Origin: Polyangiaceae bacterium
Lineage (GTDB): Bacteria; Myxococcota_A; Polyangia; Polyangiales; Polyangiaceae
NCBI GenBank assembly: GCA_965222375.1
Contig: CBDCTZ010000016.1
Span: 1,024,001-1,088,000 of the forward strand
Length of the DNA stretch: 64,000 nucleotides
Direction: 5' to 3'
This document shows, in pieces, positions 10,124 to 20,531 of the stretch (its first letter is position 1; every line of letters starts with the position of its first letter). The position numbers and the translations under genes are program-made. The notes beneath the pieces are model-generated. The model ran no database searches. It had not been told where the DNA came from and saw nothing but the letters and a program-made list of their open reading frames with translations.

Positions 10124-12326
10124 GTGACTTCGAGCGATCTCACCGGGCGCAGTCTCGGACGATCCCAACTCGGCGAGAAGCTGGGTGCGGGCGGTATGGG
10201 CGTGGTGTACGCCGCTACCGACACGCAGCTCGGACGGCGCGTGGCCGTGAAAGTGCTGGCCCAGGAGCTGACCGCCGACGCCACTCGGCGCGAGCGGTTC
10301 CTGCGCGAAGCCCGCTCCGCAGCGGCGGTGAAGCACCCGGCCATCGCAGTGGTGCACGACATCGGCGAGTTCGAGGGTCACGTGTACATCGTCATGGAGC
10401 TGGTGGACGGGCAGAGCCTGCGCAGCGCGCTTCAGTACGGTCCGCCACCCATGGCGCATGGCCTTGCCCTCGCGGCGAGCCTGGCGGAAGCCGTGCACAC
10501 CGCCCATGGCGCGGGCGTGGTGCACCGGGATCTCAAGCCCGAGAACCTGATGCTCGACTCTGCAGGGGCGCTCAAGATCTTGGACTTCGGGATCGCCAAG
10601 CTCGACCCTTCTCTGATTCCTGAAGGCCACGGCGTGACCCGTGAAGGGGCCACTCTGGGTACGCCGGGCTATATGTCTCCGGAGCAGGTGCGTGGGCTCG
10701 AGGTGGACGCCCGCACGGACATCTTCGCCATCGGCGTCATCATCTACGAGTTACTGAGCGGCAAAGCGCCCTTTGCCGGGCCCACCATCGTCGACGTGCT
10801 CACCGCCACCAACCGGGACGAGCCCGCGCCCTTGCGCAGCCACGATCCGCGCATCCCCGCGGCGATCGAGGCACTGGCCCATGCCTGCCTCAACAAGGAC
10901 GGACCCGAGCCGCCGACCGCAAAGTGCCGCCGTGGTGGCGACAGAGCTGCGCCGGGTTGCTGAAGAGCTGCGCGAGCTGGGGCATGGCAACACCGTGGAT
11001 TCGAGTGCGGACACGGTCGATCCTCCGGCCGCACCCGGGCACACGCCCGGCATGGCGTCATACGCCAACGTCGTCCCCACCCTCACCGAGAGCTCCCACG
11101 TCAGTGCCGCCTCGCATGGCTTGGCTGCGTCGCCTGGCGCCACTCCGTCGGAGGGCGCGGTCCTGTCCGGCTCACCGGGGGCGACTTCCGGCTCCTTGGG
11201 CGCGACCCCAGCCTCTTCGCGCGGCAAAGGCCTGGTGCTGGTCGCCGTGGGCGGCGCGCTGCTCGCGGCAGCGGTGCTGAGCGTCGGCGTCGTCGGCTAC
11301 GTGTACTTCCAAGACACTCCGACGACTGGGAAGACCGCCAAGGAGCTGCGCCAACCCCAAGTGGGGCTCGACACGCTGGAGGCCTATCTCACTCAGCGAG
11401 ACTCCAAAGCTCTGTCGAGGCACACTGCGCCAGCCTGGGCGGGTGCCGCAAAAGATTTCGGAGATGCCGCCCGGCAACCCGGAGCGCCGGTGGCGCGGCG
11501 CGCGTCGGCACACTTCGCCGAGGGGCAGCGCCAGTTGCTGGAGGGGCAGTTCGATGCCGCACTGAACAGCTACCAGCAGGCCAGCCATGTCGACGACAAG
11601 TGGGCGCTGCCTCATGTGGGGACCTCCGCGGTGCATCAAGCGCGGGGTGATCGCGAAAAGGCGCTGGAAGCAGCTCAGAAGGCCCAACAGCTCGATCCCA
11701 AGCTATGGCTGGCTGTTCGTGCTTCGGCTCGGGCCTATCTGGTGGGCGACCAACCGAAGCACACCTCGGTCATCCTCGAGCTGCGCCGCGCCAAGGAACT
11801 CGCGCCGGACAGCGCCATCTTGTTGGGAGAGCTTGCGCTGGCGTTTCACGCGGCGCAGATGGACGAAGAGGCCGTCAGCAACGCCAACTTGGCCCTGAAG
11901 AAAGATCCGGAATTGGTTGACGTTCGGGTCTTGCTCGCCGAGCGAGCCATCGAAAAGGGCGACGGCAAGGAGGCCCTGGCACAAGCGAGCCGCGCGGTCA
12001 GCGTGTCTCCCGACAACGTGAGCGCGCAGCTCGCCAAGGGCGACGCCCTGCTTCTCTTGGGCCGCGACGACGAAGCGTGCACCACCTTCGTGGAGGCCAT
12101 TCGCCTGAAGAAGGAAACGAAACAATTCGGCGCCCCCAGCGCCCGCCTGGCCCAAGTCGAAGCGGCGCTGAAAAAGAACCGCCTACCCGAACCGCGCGGC
12201 GCCGCCGAAGCCAAAGCCGCCAAGAAAAGCTCCTGGCTCGTCCCTCGTCCGAAGCCGCGCAGCAGTCCCAAACCCAGGCCGCCGAAACCGAAACCGCGAA
12301 GCGCAGGGTCGGGGAATACGTTTTAG
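10124..12326 (+). pseudogene. Ser/Thr protein kinase - TM - TPR protein, frameshifted by a 4-bp duplication
   Basis: Kinase motifs GAGGMG, VAVK, HRDLKPEN, DFG, SPE; GGAC duplicated at 10897-10904; removing one copy restores CLNKDPSRRPQSAA in frame with the TM/TPR part ending at 12326. Confidence 0.85.
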
Positions 12327-12360
12327 GGGTGCGGCGAACACTGCCGGGACGCCTCATGCA

Positions 12361-13140
12361 CTAGCTCGACCCCGTTGGCCGCGACTCGGGTTGCTGGTTG
12401 GCATCCTGCTCGCTGGGCTCTGAGCCGGGCGTCTGCTCACTGTCGCTCTGTCGGATCCTCACTCGCGCGTTCAACCGCACGTATCCCGTTCCGCCGCCAA
12501 TCAGGTTGCTGAATACCCCGAGGGAGCTGCGCAGCCGACCTAGAGCCTTGGCGATGCGGTCGTCGACGCCCTTGCGTTGGGCGGGATCGCTCGGGTATCG
12601 TAGTCCGAACAGTGCCGTCGCGATCCGAGCGCGCCGAATCCTCGAGCCTTCTTTGATCAGGAGCAGCAAGAGCGCGAGCGGTTGGTGGCTGAGCTGAGCA
12701 TGCGAACCGTGCGCGTCGCTCAGCTCACCCGTGACAGGATCCAGCGTCAGGGTCGGCCGGAGCCTCGTCTCCGAGATTGGCCTGCAAGCGCGCACGAGAG
12801 CCTGCAAGATGGACGCGAACTCCTTGGCGGAGGTCGATTTGTCGACGACTGCCGCAAACCCCATTTGGCGTGCGCGAATGCGGATCTCCTCCGAGGCCAC
12901 GCCCGAGTAGAGCACGCATGGTGCGGTGATGCCCCGCGCGCGGAGCGCCTCGAATACCGTAAGACCGTCGGAAGCTCCCAACGCGTAGTCCACGACAATC
13001 GCATCGGCATCCGCATTGGGCGCGAGCCCGAGCAGCGACTCCACCGTCTTGCAGCTCGTGACTCGAATTCCCAGGCCACCGAGTCCCTTCCGAAGATCCC
13101 TCAGGCATTTCGGCTCGTCGTCCACATAGATGATGTGCAT
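12361..13140 (-). CDS. Response regulator (REC + winged helix), divergent paralogue 4
   Basis: MHIIYVDDEPK, VVDY (phospho-Asp), YSG, DK; homologous to the three array regulators. Confidence 0.8.
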   Translation of the reverse strand: MHIIYVDDEPKCLRDLRKGLGGLGIRVTSCKTVESLLGLAPNADADAIVVDYALGASDGLTVFEALRARGITAPCVLYSGVASEEIRIRARQMGFAAVVDKSTSAKEFASILQALVRACRPISETRLRPTLTLDPVTGELSDAHGSHAQLSHQPLALLLLLIKEGSRIRRARIATALFGLRYPSDPAQRKGVDDRIAKALGRLRSSLGVFSNLIGGGTGYVRLNARVRIRQSDSEQTPGSEPSEQDANQQPESRPTGSS

Positions 13141-13469
13141 TCTCTCTGACACCAACTCGGACCAATGCGTCATCTGGTTTCGTGATTTCTTTTCATGAGC
13201 GCACTTTTCTTGCGCTGCGCGGCTTATGGAGGTGGCAAACGGCCCCCGCTCGCCCTGACCCGGGGCGGTAGCTCAGTGTGGTCGGAGGACCTCGGGGGAG
13301 AACCCGCGCCCCTTCTTGGGATGTGCTCCTATTCTGAACAGTTCGTGGCCGCTCGACTGCGGTGCCATCACTGTTCCTGTGGTGGAACGCGCGGGCTCGC
13401 GTCACCGGGCGTCGACAACTTGCGACTGCGACACCCGCGGCGTCTAGGTCTGTCCGCGCGCTGTGCTTT

Positions 13470-14252
13470 TCAGCTGGCTCGCTTGTGTCGCCATGTGGGT
13501 GCGGTCGGCGCTGCCGCTTGTCTTATTGCTGGCCCTATCGCGGGAAAGGTGCCGCTTGCTGCTAGGGTGACCTTTGCCGTCAGCCTGACGAGGCCGCCGT
13601 GGGAGTCGAGCACGGGCTCGAAGAGGCCGAGGGCCTTGTCGAGGCGGCGGATGGCTTGAGTGACGCGGTTTTCCATGCGCTCGCGGGCGTCGTCGTCCTT
13701 GGGATACGGCTCGTTGAATAGCGCTGGTGCAACGTCTTTGCGTCGCAGTGGGCCGTGGGTGGCAAGCAGCGTGAACAACTTCAACTGTTGGTTTTCGAGG
13801 CGGATGTGGTGATCTGAGGTAGCGCTGCGTAGCTCTCCCGAGTTGGCATCCAGGGTGAGCGAATGTGGGTTGCTCCGCTTCGGTGGTGGCTCCGAGTGGA
13901 GGTTCTGGATGTTGAACAGGATGGCGGCAATCTCCTTTGGGGAAGTGCCTTTGCGAATCACCTCCACGAACCCCATCCGGCGGGCCTGGATGCGCTCGTC
14001 TTCATTGGCTTTGCCAGTGTAGAGGATGCAGGGCGTGGTGACGCCTTTGGCGCGGAGCGCTTGGAATACGGTGAGGCCGTCGGTGGCGCCCAGATCGTAG
14101 TCGAGCAGGATGACATCTGCGTCAGAGCTGGGAGCAATGGCGAGCAGCGCGTCCACCTTGCTGAAGCAGGTCAGTTTGATGGCGTGTGAGCGCAGGGCGC
14201 GCTGGAGGACTGCGAGGATCTTCGGGTTGTCGTCGAGGTAGAGGGCGTGCAT
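13470..14252 (-). CDS. Response regulator (REC + winged helix), array copy 3
   Basis: MHALYLDD...ILLDYDLG..DG...LYTG...RKG; close paralogue of 17745..18518 and 20532..21311. Confidence 0.88.
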   Translation of the reverse strand: MHALYLDDNPKILAVLQRALRSHAIKLTCFSKVDALLAIAPSSDADVILLDYDLGATDGLTVFQALRAKGVTTPCILYTGKANEDERIQARRMGFVEVIRKGTSPKEIAAILFNIQNLHSEPPPKRSNPHSLTLDANSGELRSATSDHHIRLENQQLKLFTLLATHGPLRRKDVAPALFNEPYPKDDDARERMENRVTQAIRRLDKALGLFEPVLDSHGGLVRLTAKVTLAASGTFPAIGPAIRQAAAPTAPTWRHKRAS

Positions 14253-14284
14253 GGGGAACGACTTCCGAGCCGCGACTGGTCGGG

Positions 14285-14767
14285 TCATGCATCCTCGGGG
14301 AGCCAGGGCTCGTATTCGATCTCGGTTTGGTTGCCCGTGGCAAGAGGGGCCTTCACGTTGTCCGCCCGCAGCATGATGGGCGCGCCATCGATGACAAGCA
14401 GATCCGCCGTGTAGCTCACCGTTCCGCGTGAGATCTGTTGAACGCATGCAATCGTTGATTTGAGGAAGCCCGCCATGTCTTCGGCGATTTCGGCGGCGTC
14501 TGCTGGCGTGGTGCACTCCTCATAGTTGTAGTATTCGGCCCCCTCACCCACGAAGAAGTTCATCCTGCCCTGGTGGCTGCCTCGCCCAAACCCCAGCTCA
14601 AATGGGCACGAGTGGTCGGAAACGGAACGGAGAACGCAGCGAACAAATCCGCGCTCCTCGCAAATGCTTGAGCGTGCGACATCTATTTTGTTGGGGTCGA
14701 GCAGAAAGATCGCGCCGACCGCAGTGCGCTCAAGCTCCGAGAGCTTCGCGTGTAGTTGATTTAGCAT
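14285..14767 (-). CDS. Putative immunity protein for the Ntox17-like tip
   Basis: 160-aa ORF starting 4 bp after the toxin-tip stop; positional inference. Confidence 0.7.
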   Translation of the reverse strand: MLNQLHAKLSELERTAVGAIFLLDPNKIDVARSSICEERGFVRCVLRSVSDHSCPFELGFGRGSHQGRMNFFVGEGAEYYNYEECTTPADAAEIAEDMAGFLKSTIACVQQISRGTVSYTADLLVIDGAPIMLRADNVKAPLATGNQTEIEYEPWLPEDA

Positions 14768-14771
14768 CGCA

Positions 14772-15527
14772 CTACTTTCGCAGATGGAAGTGGCCGGGGT
14801 CGCGCGTGCGCCACCAGGACTGTCCAGGTGGAAGGCGTTTCGACCTTAGCCACTGGTTGAACTCCCTTAGACCTGGGTCGCCGATTTGCTTCAAGTACTT
14901 TCCTTTTCTTGCGGGTGACGCTCCCCACCTGATCGACGACGAAATGGGCTCTCCCATCGACTTCGAGTACGACCCTCCGACACGCACCCACTGCTTCAGC
15001 GGTCCACTTGCAGTTTTGCCAACAACAGCGAACCCCGCAAGCCCGCCAGTGAGAGCTCCTGCACCCGCGCCCCACGCGGCGGCCGTACCAGCGCGTCCCC
15101 AATCGATGCAGTCGAAGGTGACGCCGTCGAATGCCAGTTGCGTGATGACGTCGAGCGCGAACCCTTGGAAGCCGCCTTGTGCGGCACCAACCGCCCCCGC
15201 TGCCGCAGCTGCGAGCCATGGCACATCCCCATCCGGGTCGACGAAGTTGACGGGGTCATTGGCTGCGTAATTGTACAGGTTCCATCCGCCGGAGAAACCG
15301 CTGGGGTCTCTCGTTATGAACCTCCTGGCCTCGGGATCGTAGTCGCGTGCTCCGAGGTGGAGTAGCTCGGTGTCGGGGTCCCACAGCCCGCCTCCGAAGG
15401 CGAAGGGTTGGTCGTTGACTGAGCCGGTGACGTAGGTAGGCGTCCCCCAGTCGTCGTAGTCGATGCGTTGGAGGGTGGTGCCGTTGATGGCATTGAGCAC
15501 TAGGCGCACGGAGCCTAGGTGGTCGGT
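14772..15527 (-). CDS. Orphan RHS-core + toxin tip (Ntox17-like, predicted RNase)
   Basis: RHS core TDHLGS...DPSG...DPDG followed by GPLKQWVRVGGSYS...SIRWGASP...WRTRDPGHFHL; no full N-terminus; family name recalled, not searched. Confidence 0.8.
   Translation of the reverse strand, partial: TDHLGSVRLVLNAINGTTLQRIDYDDWGTPTYVTGSVNDQPFAFGGGLWDPDTELLHLGARDYDPEARRFITRDPSGFSGGWNLYNYAANDPVNFVDPDGDVPWLAAAAAGAVGAAQGGFQGFALDVITQLAFDGVTFDCIDWGRAGTAAAWGAGAGALTGGLAGFAVVGKTASGPLKQWVRVGGSYSKSMGEPISSSIRWGASPARKGKYLKQIGDPGLREFNQWLRSKRLPPGQSWWRTRDPGHFHLRK
15253..15527. repeat. 275-bp RHS-core homology arm, copy 3
   Basis: 15361-15527 identical to the other two copies; scattered, mostly synonymous changes in 15253-15360. 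Confidence 0.95.
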
Positions 15528-15631
15528 TGGGCTGCCCCCACTCGCGTCGCCGCCGCGAGGCGCGGTGCCCGGTGGAAACGAAGTGGCGCGCGTAGTCGCG
15601 GCGCCTCCGCGGTCTCCCCCTTACTTGTGCT
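15528..15631. repeat. Conserved orphan-cassette leader, part 1 (split by intron)
   Basis: Matches 19649..19752 except for a ~17-nt variable patch. Confidence 0.9.
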
Positions 15632-17592
15632 GTGCGTCAAGAAAGCTTCGATCAGGAGGAAGTCATGTAAGAGCCAGACATAACTGAAACTTGATGTAGT
15701 GACCCAGCGGGTTGGAGTCCCGCTCAGCCAAGGGTGCGCCGCCAGCTGAAAGCGAGTCTTGCGTGGCAGTCACAACCGAAAGGGAGGACTGCTGCGAAGC
15801 GTAGACAGCGAGCGTGCAGGCCGTGCAATTGGGCCGCGAAAGGTTGGTAGTCGTGGGAGCCGACGGCTCAGCACAGGCCGGAAGGCAATACCAGCGGAGC
15901 AAGAGTCAGGGGCAACGCCCCGACGGCGTGTCTCCGCGGTCCCACCGAGGTCGTAGAACACGGCATGTGCGCGAAGGGGTCACCGAGGAACTTGAGAGGT
16001 CCTGTCCGCTCCGGGAAACCGGAACTGCCAAGCAAGCGCAAGTGAGCGAGGTGGGGCGGGCGGGAAGTCCGAGCGCCAAATAGTAGTCGAAGCCGGGGAA
16101 GCCTCCCAAGCGACCCGGTGGAGCGAAGGATGGCGCCGGGTCACGGAACCGAAAGAGGGAAAGATGAGTGAGACATCGAGCTCAACAAGCATCTCAACGA
16201 AAGTCGAAAGGATAGCAACGCTGGCGCAGCAAGCGCCCGACATGGCGTTCACGACGCTGGCCCATCACATCGACCTGGAGTGGCTGCGCGAAGCGCACCG
16301 CAGGACTCGCAAGGATGGTGCTGTGGGCGTGGACGGGCAGAGCGCGCAAGAGTACGCGGCCAACCTGGAGGAACATCTCCAGTCGCTGCTCGACCGCGCG
16401 AAGTCCGGCACATACCGAGCCCCACCCGTGCGGCGTGTGCACATCCCCAAGGGGGGAGGGAAGGAAACGCGCCCGCTTGGGATCCCAACCTTCGAGGACA
16501 AGGTGTTGCAACGAGCAGTCGCGATGGTGCTCGAAGCAGTCTATGAGCAGGACTTCTTGAACTGCTCCTATGGCTTCCGGCCAGGGCGCTCTGCGCACCA
16601 GGCTCTGGAAACGCTTCGGACACCGATGGTCAAGATGGCTGGCGGTTGGGTTCTGGAGATCGATATACGAAAGTTTTTCGATACCTTGGACCACGGACGA
16701 CTACGGGAAGTGCTGCGCTGCAGGGTGCGCGATGGCGTGATCCTGCGCTTGATCGGCAAGTGGCTGAATGCAGGAGTGCTGGAGTCCGGGCGGCTGAGCT
16801 ACCCGGATGCCGGCACGCCACAGGGCGGGGTGATCTCGCCGTTGCTGGCAAACATCTACCTGCATGAGGTGCTTGACGTCTGGTTCGAGCGACAAGTGCG
16901 TCCCCGCCTTCGGGCTCGGGCGCACCTCGTTCGCTACGCGGACGATGCCGTCATGCTGTTCGAGTTCGAGGAAGACGCCAGGCGTGTGTTCGAGGTCTTG
17001 CCGAAGCGATTCGCCAAGTTCGGGCTCACGCTGCACGCCGAAAAGACAAAGCTCGTGCCGTTCAAACGGCCGGACCGGATCCGACGGCGTCGCGGCGGCG
17101 AGGGTGAGGGGCCATCGGGGCCTAGCTCCTTCAACTTCCTCGGCTTCACCTTCCACTGGGCAAAGAGCCTGGCTGGCAAGTGGGTGGTGAGGACGCGAAC
17201 AGCGAAAGACAGATACCAGAGAGCGGTCAACGCCATCGCACAGTGGTGTCGGAATCACCGGCATGCTTCTGTGCGAGTACAGCGTCAGGCGCTGGCTGCG
17301 AAACTTCGCGGTCACTACGCCTACTTCGGCCGTACCGGCAACTTCAGCCGCCTCTGGAGCTTGTACTTCGCCACTGTGCGGAAGTGGAAGCGCTGGCTGT
17401 CTCGACGCTCCGACAAAGCGCGACTCACCTGGCCTGCGATGGATCGGCTACTGGAGCGCAATCCGCTCCCGAAACCCGATGCCTCGCGCCGCTTCGCGTA
17501 GCAAAGCCGTGGCCTGAGGAGCCGGATGCGGGAAATCCGCACGTCCGGATCTGTCCGGGGGGCGGCCCGTAAAGGGCCGTCCCTACCGGGAG
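15632..17592 (+). mobile_element. Group II intron (probably bacterial class D/E; no endonuclease domain)
   Basis: 5' GTGCG at 15632; domain V gagccggatgcgggaaatccgcacgtccggatc at ~17519; domain VI ending ccctaccgggag; EBS1 AGCACA (15870-15875) pairs with IBS1 TGTGCT (15626-15631); boundaries confirmed against the empty copy at 19752/19753. Confidence 0.93.
16164..17501 (+). CDS. ltrA: Group II intron reverse transcriptase/maturase
   Basis: [45 protein letters not shown], domain X LRGHYAYF. Confidence 0.95.
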   Translation: MSETSSSTSISTKVERIATLAQQAPDMAFTTLAHHIDLEWLREAHRRTRKDGAVGVDGQSAQEYAANLEEHLQSLLDRAKSGTYRAPPVRRVHIPKGGGKETRPLGIPTFEDKVLQRAVAMVLEAVYEQDFLNCSYGFRPGRSAHQALETLRTPMVKMAGGWVLEIDIRKFFDTLDHGRLREVLRCRVRDGVILRLIGKWLNAGVLESGRLSYPDAGTPQGGVISPLLANIYLHEVLDVWFERQVRPRLRARAHLVRYADDAVMLFEFEEDARRVFEVLPKRFAKFGLTLHAEKTKLVPFKRPDRIRRRRGGEGEGPSGPSSFNFLGFTFHWAKSLAGKWVVRTRTAKDRYQRAVNAIAQWCRNHRHASVRVQRQALAAKLRGHYAYFGRTGNFSRLWSLYFATVRKWKRWLSRRSDKARLTWPAMDRLLERNPLPKPDASRRFA

Positions 17593-17725
17593 CGCGCAGG
17601 CAGCTCCTGCGGGAGCACGCGGGCAAACGTGTTGCGACTCAGTGCCGCCTGCGCTGCGCGCAAGTGGAGGAGACGGTTAGCGTCGTGCGGCCTCAGTGAA
17701 TTGCGACCGCGATGCTTTGGGCGGC
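17593..17725. repeat. Conserved orphan-cassette leader, part 2
   Basis: Matches 19753..~19885 (cctgcgggagcacgcgg...gcgcaagtggaggagacggttagcgtcg...gaccgcgatgctttgggcg). Confidence 0.85.
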
Positions 17726-17744
17726 GTGTGGACAGCTGGTGCGC

Positions 17745-18518
17745 TCAGCTGGCTCGTTTGTGTCGTTTCGTTGGCGCTGCTGCTTGCTTGACTGCTGGCC
17801 TGGTGGCGGGGAACGTGCCGCTTGCTGTTAGGGCAACCCTTGCGGTCAGCATAACGACACCGCCGTGGCAGTCGACGAGGCATTCCAAGTCCCCGAGGGC
17901 TTTGCACAGGCGGCGGATGGCGTGAGTGATGCGGTCGTCCATGCGCTTGCCGGCATCGTCGTCTTCGGGGTACGGCTCCTTGAACAGCTTTGGTGCGAGG
18001 TCTTTGCGTCGCAGTGGGCCGGAAGTCACGAGCAGGGTGAATAGCTTCAGCTGTTGATTTTCGAGCTGGATGCGGTGATCCGAGGTGGGGCTGCGCAGCT
18101 TGCCGGAGTTTGCATCCAAGGTGAGGGAGTGTGGCGCGCTGCGCTCTGCTGGTGGATCCGAGCAGCGGCGCAGCACGCTGAAGAGGATGGCGGCAATCTC
18201 CTTTGGGGAAGTGCCCTTACGAATCCCCTCCACGAACCCTGCCCGACGCGCCTGGATGCGGTCGTCCTCCTTGGCCTTGCCGGTGTAGAGGATGCAGGGC
18301 GTGGTGACGCCCTTGGCGCGGAGCGCTTGGAACACCGTGAGGCCGTCGGTGGCTCCCAGATCGTAGTCGAGCAGGATGACCTCCGCGTCGGAGCTGGGAG
18401 CAATGGCGAGCAGCGCGTCCGCCTTGCTGAAACACGTCAGCTTGATGCCGCGACCGCTCAGGGCTTGGCGAACGCTGGCCAGGACTTTTGGCTCGTCGTC
18501 GAGGAGGAGGGCGTGCAT
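17745..18518 (-). CDS. Response regulator (REC + winged helix), array copy 2
   Basis: MHALLLDDEPK...ILLDYDLG...LYTG...RKG; close paralogue of the other copies. Confidence 0.88.
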   Translation of the reverse strand: MHALLLDDEPKVLASVRQALSGRGIKLTCFSKADALLAIAPSSDAEVILLDYDLGATDGLTVFQALRAKGVTTPCILYTGKAKEDDRIQARRAGFVEGIRKGTSPKEIAAILFSVLRRCSDPPAERSAPHSLTLDANSGKLRSPTSDHRIQLENQQLKLFTLLVTSGPLRRKDLAPKLFKEPYPEDDDAGKRMDDRITHAIRRLCKALGDLECLVDCHGGVVMLTARVALTASGTFPATRPAVKQAAAPTKRHKRAS

Positions 18519-18557
18519 GGGGGGGGCTGCTGCGAGGGTTGAATCTGGACCCGAATT

Positions 18558-18827
18558 CTAGAGCTTGAGTCTGCCAATCAGCGCTTTCACGGCATTTATG
18601 GCTAGGACGACATCATCGTAGCTATTCCGCGCGGCAGTTTCGCCGACCACTGGCACGGATCGAAATATCTTTTCGCGTCTTGCGACCAACGTGTCTAACA
18701 GTTCCGCTAGTTGCTCTGCCGTTGCATAGTCCTCCACCATGCCCATGCTGCCGTGTGGCGCCTCAAGTTCGTCAGAGAACCCCTGAGCAATCAACTCCTT
18801 CCGTAGTTCTTTCTGAATATCGGTCAT
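18558..18827 (-). CDS. Putative immunity protein for the ART-like tip
   Basis: ATGA overlap with toxin-tip stop at 18824-18827; 89 aa; visibly lower GC. Confidence 0.72.
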   Translation of the reverse strand: MTDIQKELRKELIAQGFSDELEAPHGSMGMVEDYATAEQLAELLDTLVARREKIFRSVPVVGETAARNSYDDVVLAINAVKALIGRLKL

Positions 18828-19648
18828 TGGCCTCGCACGGGTCGAACGCAGACTATGCATTCCCTTGGGATTCTAGCAGGATTTGTGAGGTCTACACCGC
18901 CGCCCCGACCCAACGGGTGAGGTTGTACGATTCCCGGCTTGTTCGAGATGAATCGGCCACCATTTCTTATTCCGACCACCACCTCCGGAGCAGACTTCAC
19001 GCCAAGCAACTCGACAGCCTCGCGCGCGCTGTACGTGCCGACGTTTGTGGCCGACGACTGAGAGTACAGCCCGGTCTTCTGGATTGCTGCCCCAGCGCGC
19101 GCGCTCGTGTAGTGGTAGACTAGATCGTCGCTCTTAGAAACTGCTCTCCCGAGGATTGCGGCGCCTGCGATCCCACCAGTGACGGCGCCAATGCCGGCGC
19201 CGACTGCAGCAGCGGTTCCCGCCTGACCCCAATCGACACAATTGAAGTTGCCGCCGTTGCGTGCAAGCTGGCCCAGCACGTCCAAGCCACCCGCCTCGAA
19301 AAAACCGTGCGCTGCCCCTGCGGCCGCAGCCGCGAGCCAAGGCACATTGCCATCCGGGTCGACGAAGTTGATGGGGTCATTGCCTGCGTAATTATACAGG
19401 TTCCAGCCGCCGGAGAAACCGCTGGGGTCCCTCGTGATGAACCTCCTCGCCTGCGGGTCGTAGTCGCGGGCTCCGAGGTGCAGTAGCTCGGTGTCGGGGT
19501 CCCACAGCCCGCCTCCGAAGGCGAAGGGTTGGTCGTTGACTGAGCCGGTGACGTAGGTAGGCGTCCCCCAGTCGTCGTAGTCGATGCGTTGGAGGGTGGT
19601 GCCGTTGATGGCATTGAGCACTAGGCGCACGGAGCCTAGGTGGTCGGT
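18824..19648 (-). CDS. Orphan RHS-core + toxin tip (Tox-ART-HYD1-like ADP-ribosyltransferase)
   Basis: RHS core to DPDG, then VYHYTS...IQKTGL...GGGVD, resembling HYD1-type ART tips. Confidence 0.78.
   Translation of the reverse strand, partial: TDHLGSVRLVLNAINGTTLQRIDYDDWGTPTYVTGSVNDQPFAFGGGLWDPDTELLHLGARDYDPQARRFITRDPSGFSGGWNLYNYAGNDPINFVDPDGNVPWLAAAAAGAAHGFFEAGGLDVLGQLARNGGNFNCVDWGQAGTAAAVGAGIGAVTGGIAGAAILGRAVSKSDDLVYHYTSARAGAAIQKTGLYSQSSATNVGTYSAREAVELLGVKSAPEVVVGIRNGGRFISNKPGIVQPHPLGRGGGVDLTNPARIPRECIVCVRPVRGQ
19374..19648. repeat. 275-bp RHS-core homology arm, copy 2
   Basis: Identical by eye to 22321..22595. Confidence 0.95.
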
Positions 19649-19885
19649 TGGGCTGCCCCCACTCGCGTCGCCGCCGCGAGGCGCGGTGCCTATTGCTAAC
19701 AAGGCGCCGCGCGTAGTCGCGGCGCCTCCGCGGTCTCCCCCTTACTTGTGCTCCCGCAGGCGGCGCCTGCGGGAGCACGCGGACAGACGTGTTGTAACTC
19801 TGTGCCGCCTGCGCTGCGCGCAAGTGGAGGAGACGGTTAGCGTCGAAGTGCGTCGTTGATGACGACCGCGATGCTTTGGGCGCGG
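19649..19885. repeat. Conserved orphan-cassette leader, intact copy, with 13-bp perfect hairpin
   Basis: gtgctcccgcagg-cggcg-cctgcgggagcac at 19748-19778; homologous to 15528-15631 + 17593-17725. Confidence 0.88.
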
Positions 19886-20172
19886 CTGGGCTCAGGCGTG
19901 TGTCGCGTCTCTGCGCCGGTGATGTCTGTGTGATTCCCCTGGCAGCCGTGTTCGGAGTCGGATGCTGCAGTCCCTCGCGCGCGCTGGCAGGTGCCCGGCC
20001 CGTCGTGGCGGGCCTCGCCGGGAGCGCGCAAGCTCTGCGCCACGCCCCGCGATGTCCTGGCGCGCCTATCGTCATCGAGCGGATGCCTGTCGAGTTTGTC
20101 TTCCCTTGGGCGTGTCACAGAGCTCGCGCGAAGGGTGGGCAAGGCCCGCCACGCCGGGCCGGGAGGTTTCAC

Positions 20173-20523
20173 ATGCATCGCAAGTCTCGCTCATGCCCCC
20201 GCATCGCTCGCTTCGCTCACGAACGAAGGCGTCATCCCACGTTTTCAGAAGCCAAGCTCTGGTCTCGCTTGAAGGGCAGCCAACTTGGGGTTGGCTTTCG
20301 TCGTGAGTTTGTCGTCGGCCGGTTCATCGTCGACCTGTGCGCACCGTCGCGCAGGCTCGCAGTGGAAGTTGACGGTGGCTATCACGCTCGCGTAGCTGCG
20401 CGGGATGCCCGCCGTGACCGTGCGCTTGTTCGCGCCGGCTGGCGTGTCGTGCGCGTGGATGCTGAGCTGGTCGTGAGCGACATCGACGCTGCAGTGCAGG
20501 TAGTGCGGCGCGCTCTGGGTTAG
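20173..20523 (+). CDS. DUF559 / Vsr-like endonuclease
   Basis: SEAKLWSRL, FRRE, IVD, AVEVDGGYH, RDARRD, GWRVVR; GGAGG RBS before ATG 20173. Confidence 0.88.
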   Translation: MHRKSRSCPRIARFAHERRRHPTFSEAKLWSRLKGSQLGVGFRREFVVGRFIVDLCAPSRRLAVEVDGGYHARVAARDARRDRALVRAGWRVVRVDAELVVSDIDAAVQVVRRALG

Positions 20524-20531
20524 CCTGCCGC

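Noticed and set aside
13174..13469. Third copy of the orphan-cassette leader
   Set aside because: Only faint similarity (ttgcgac.gcga, gcggcgt) near the regulator stop; no RHS arm follows
14253..14516. N-terminal extension of ORF 13470..14516
   Set aside because: Overlaps the immunity gene; paralogues all start at MHAL
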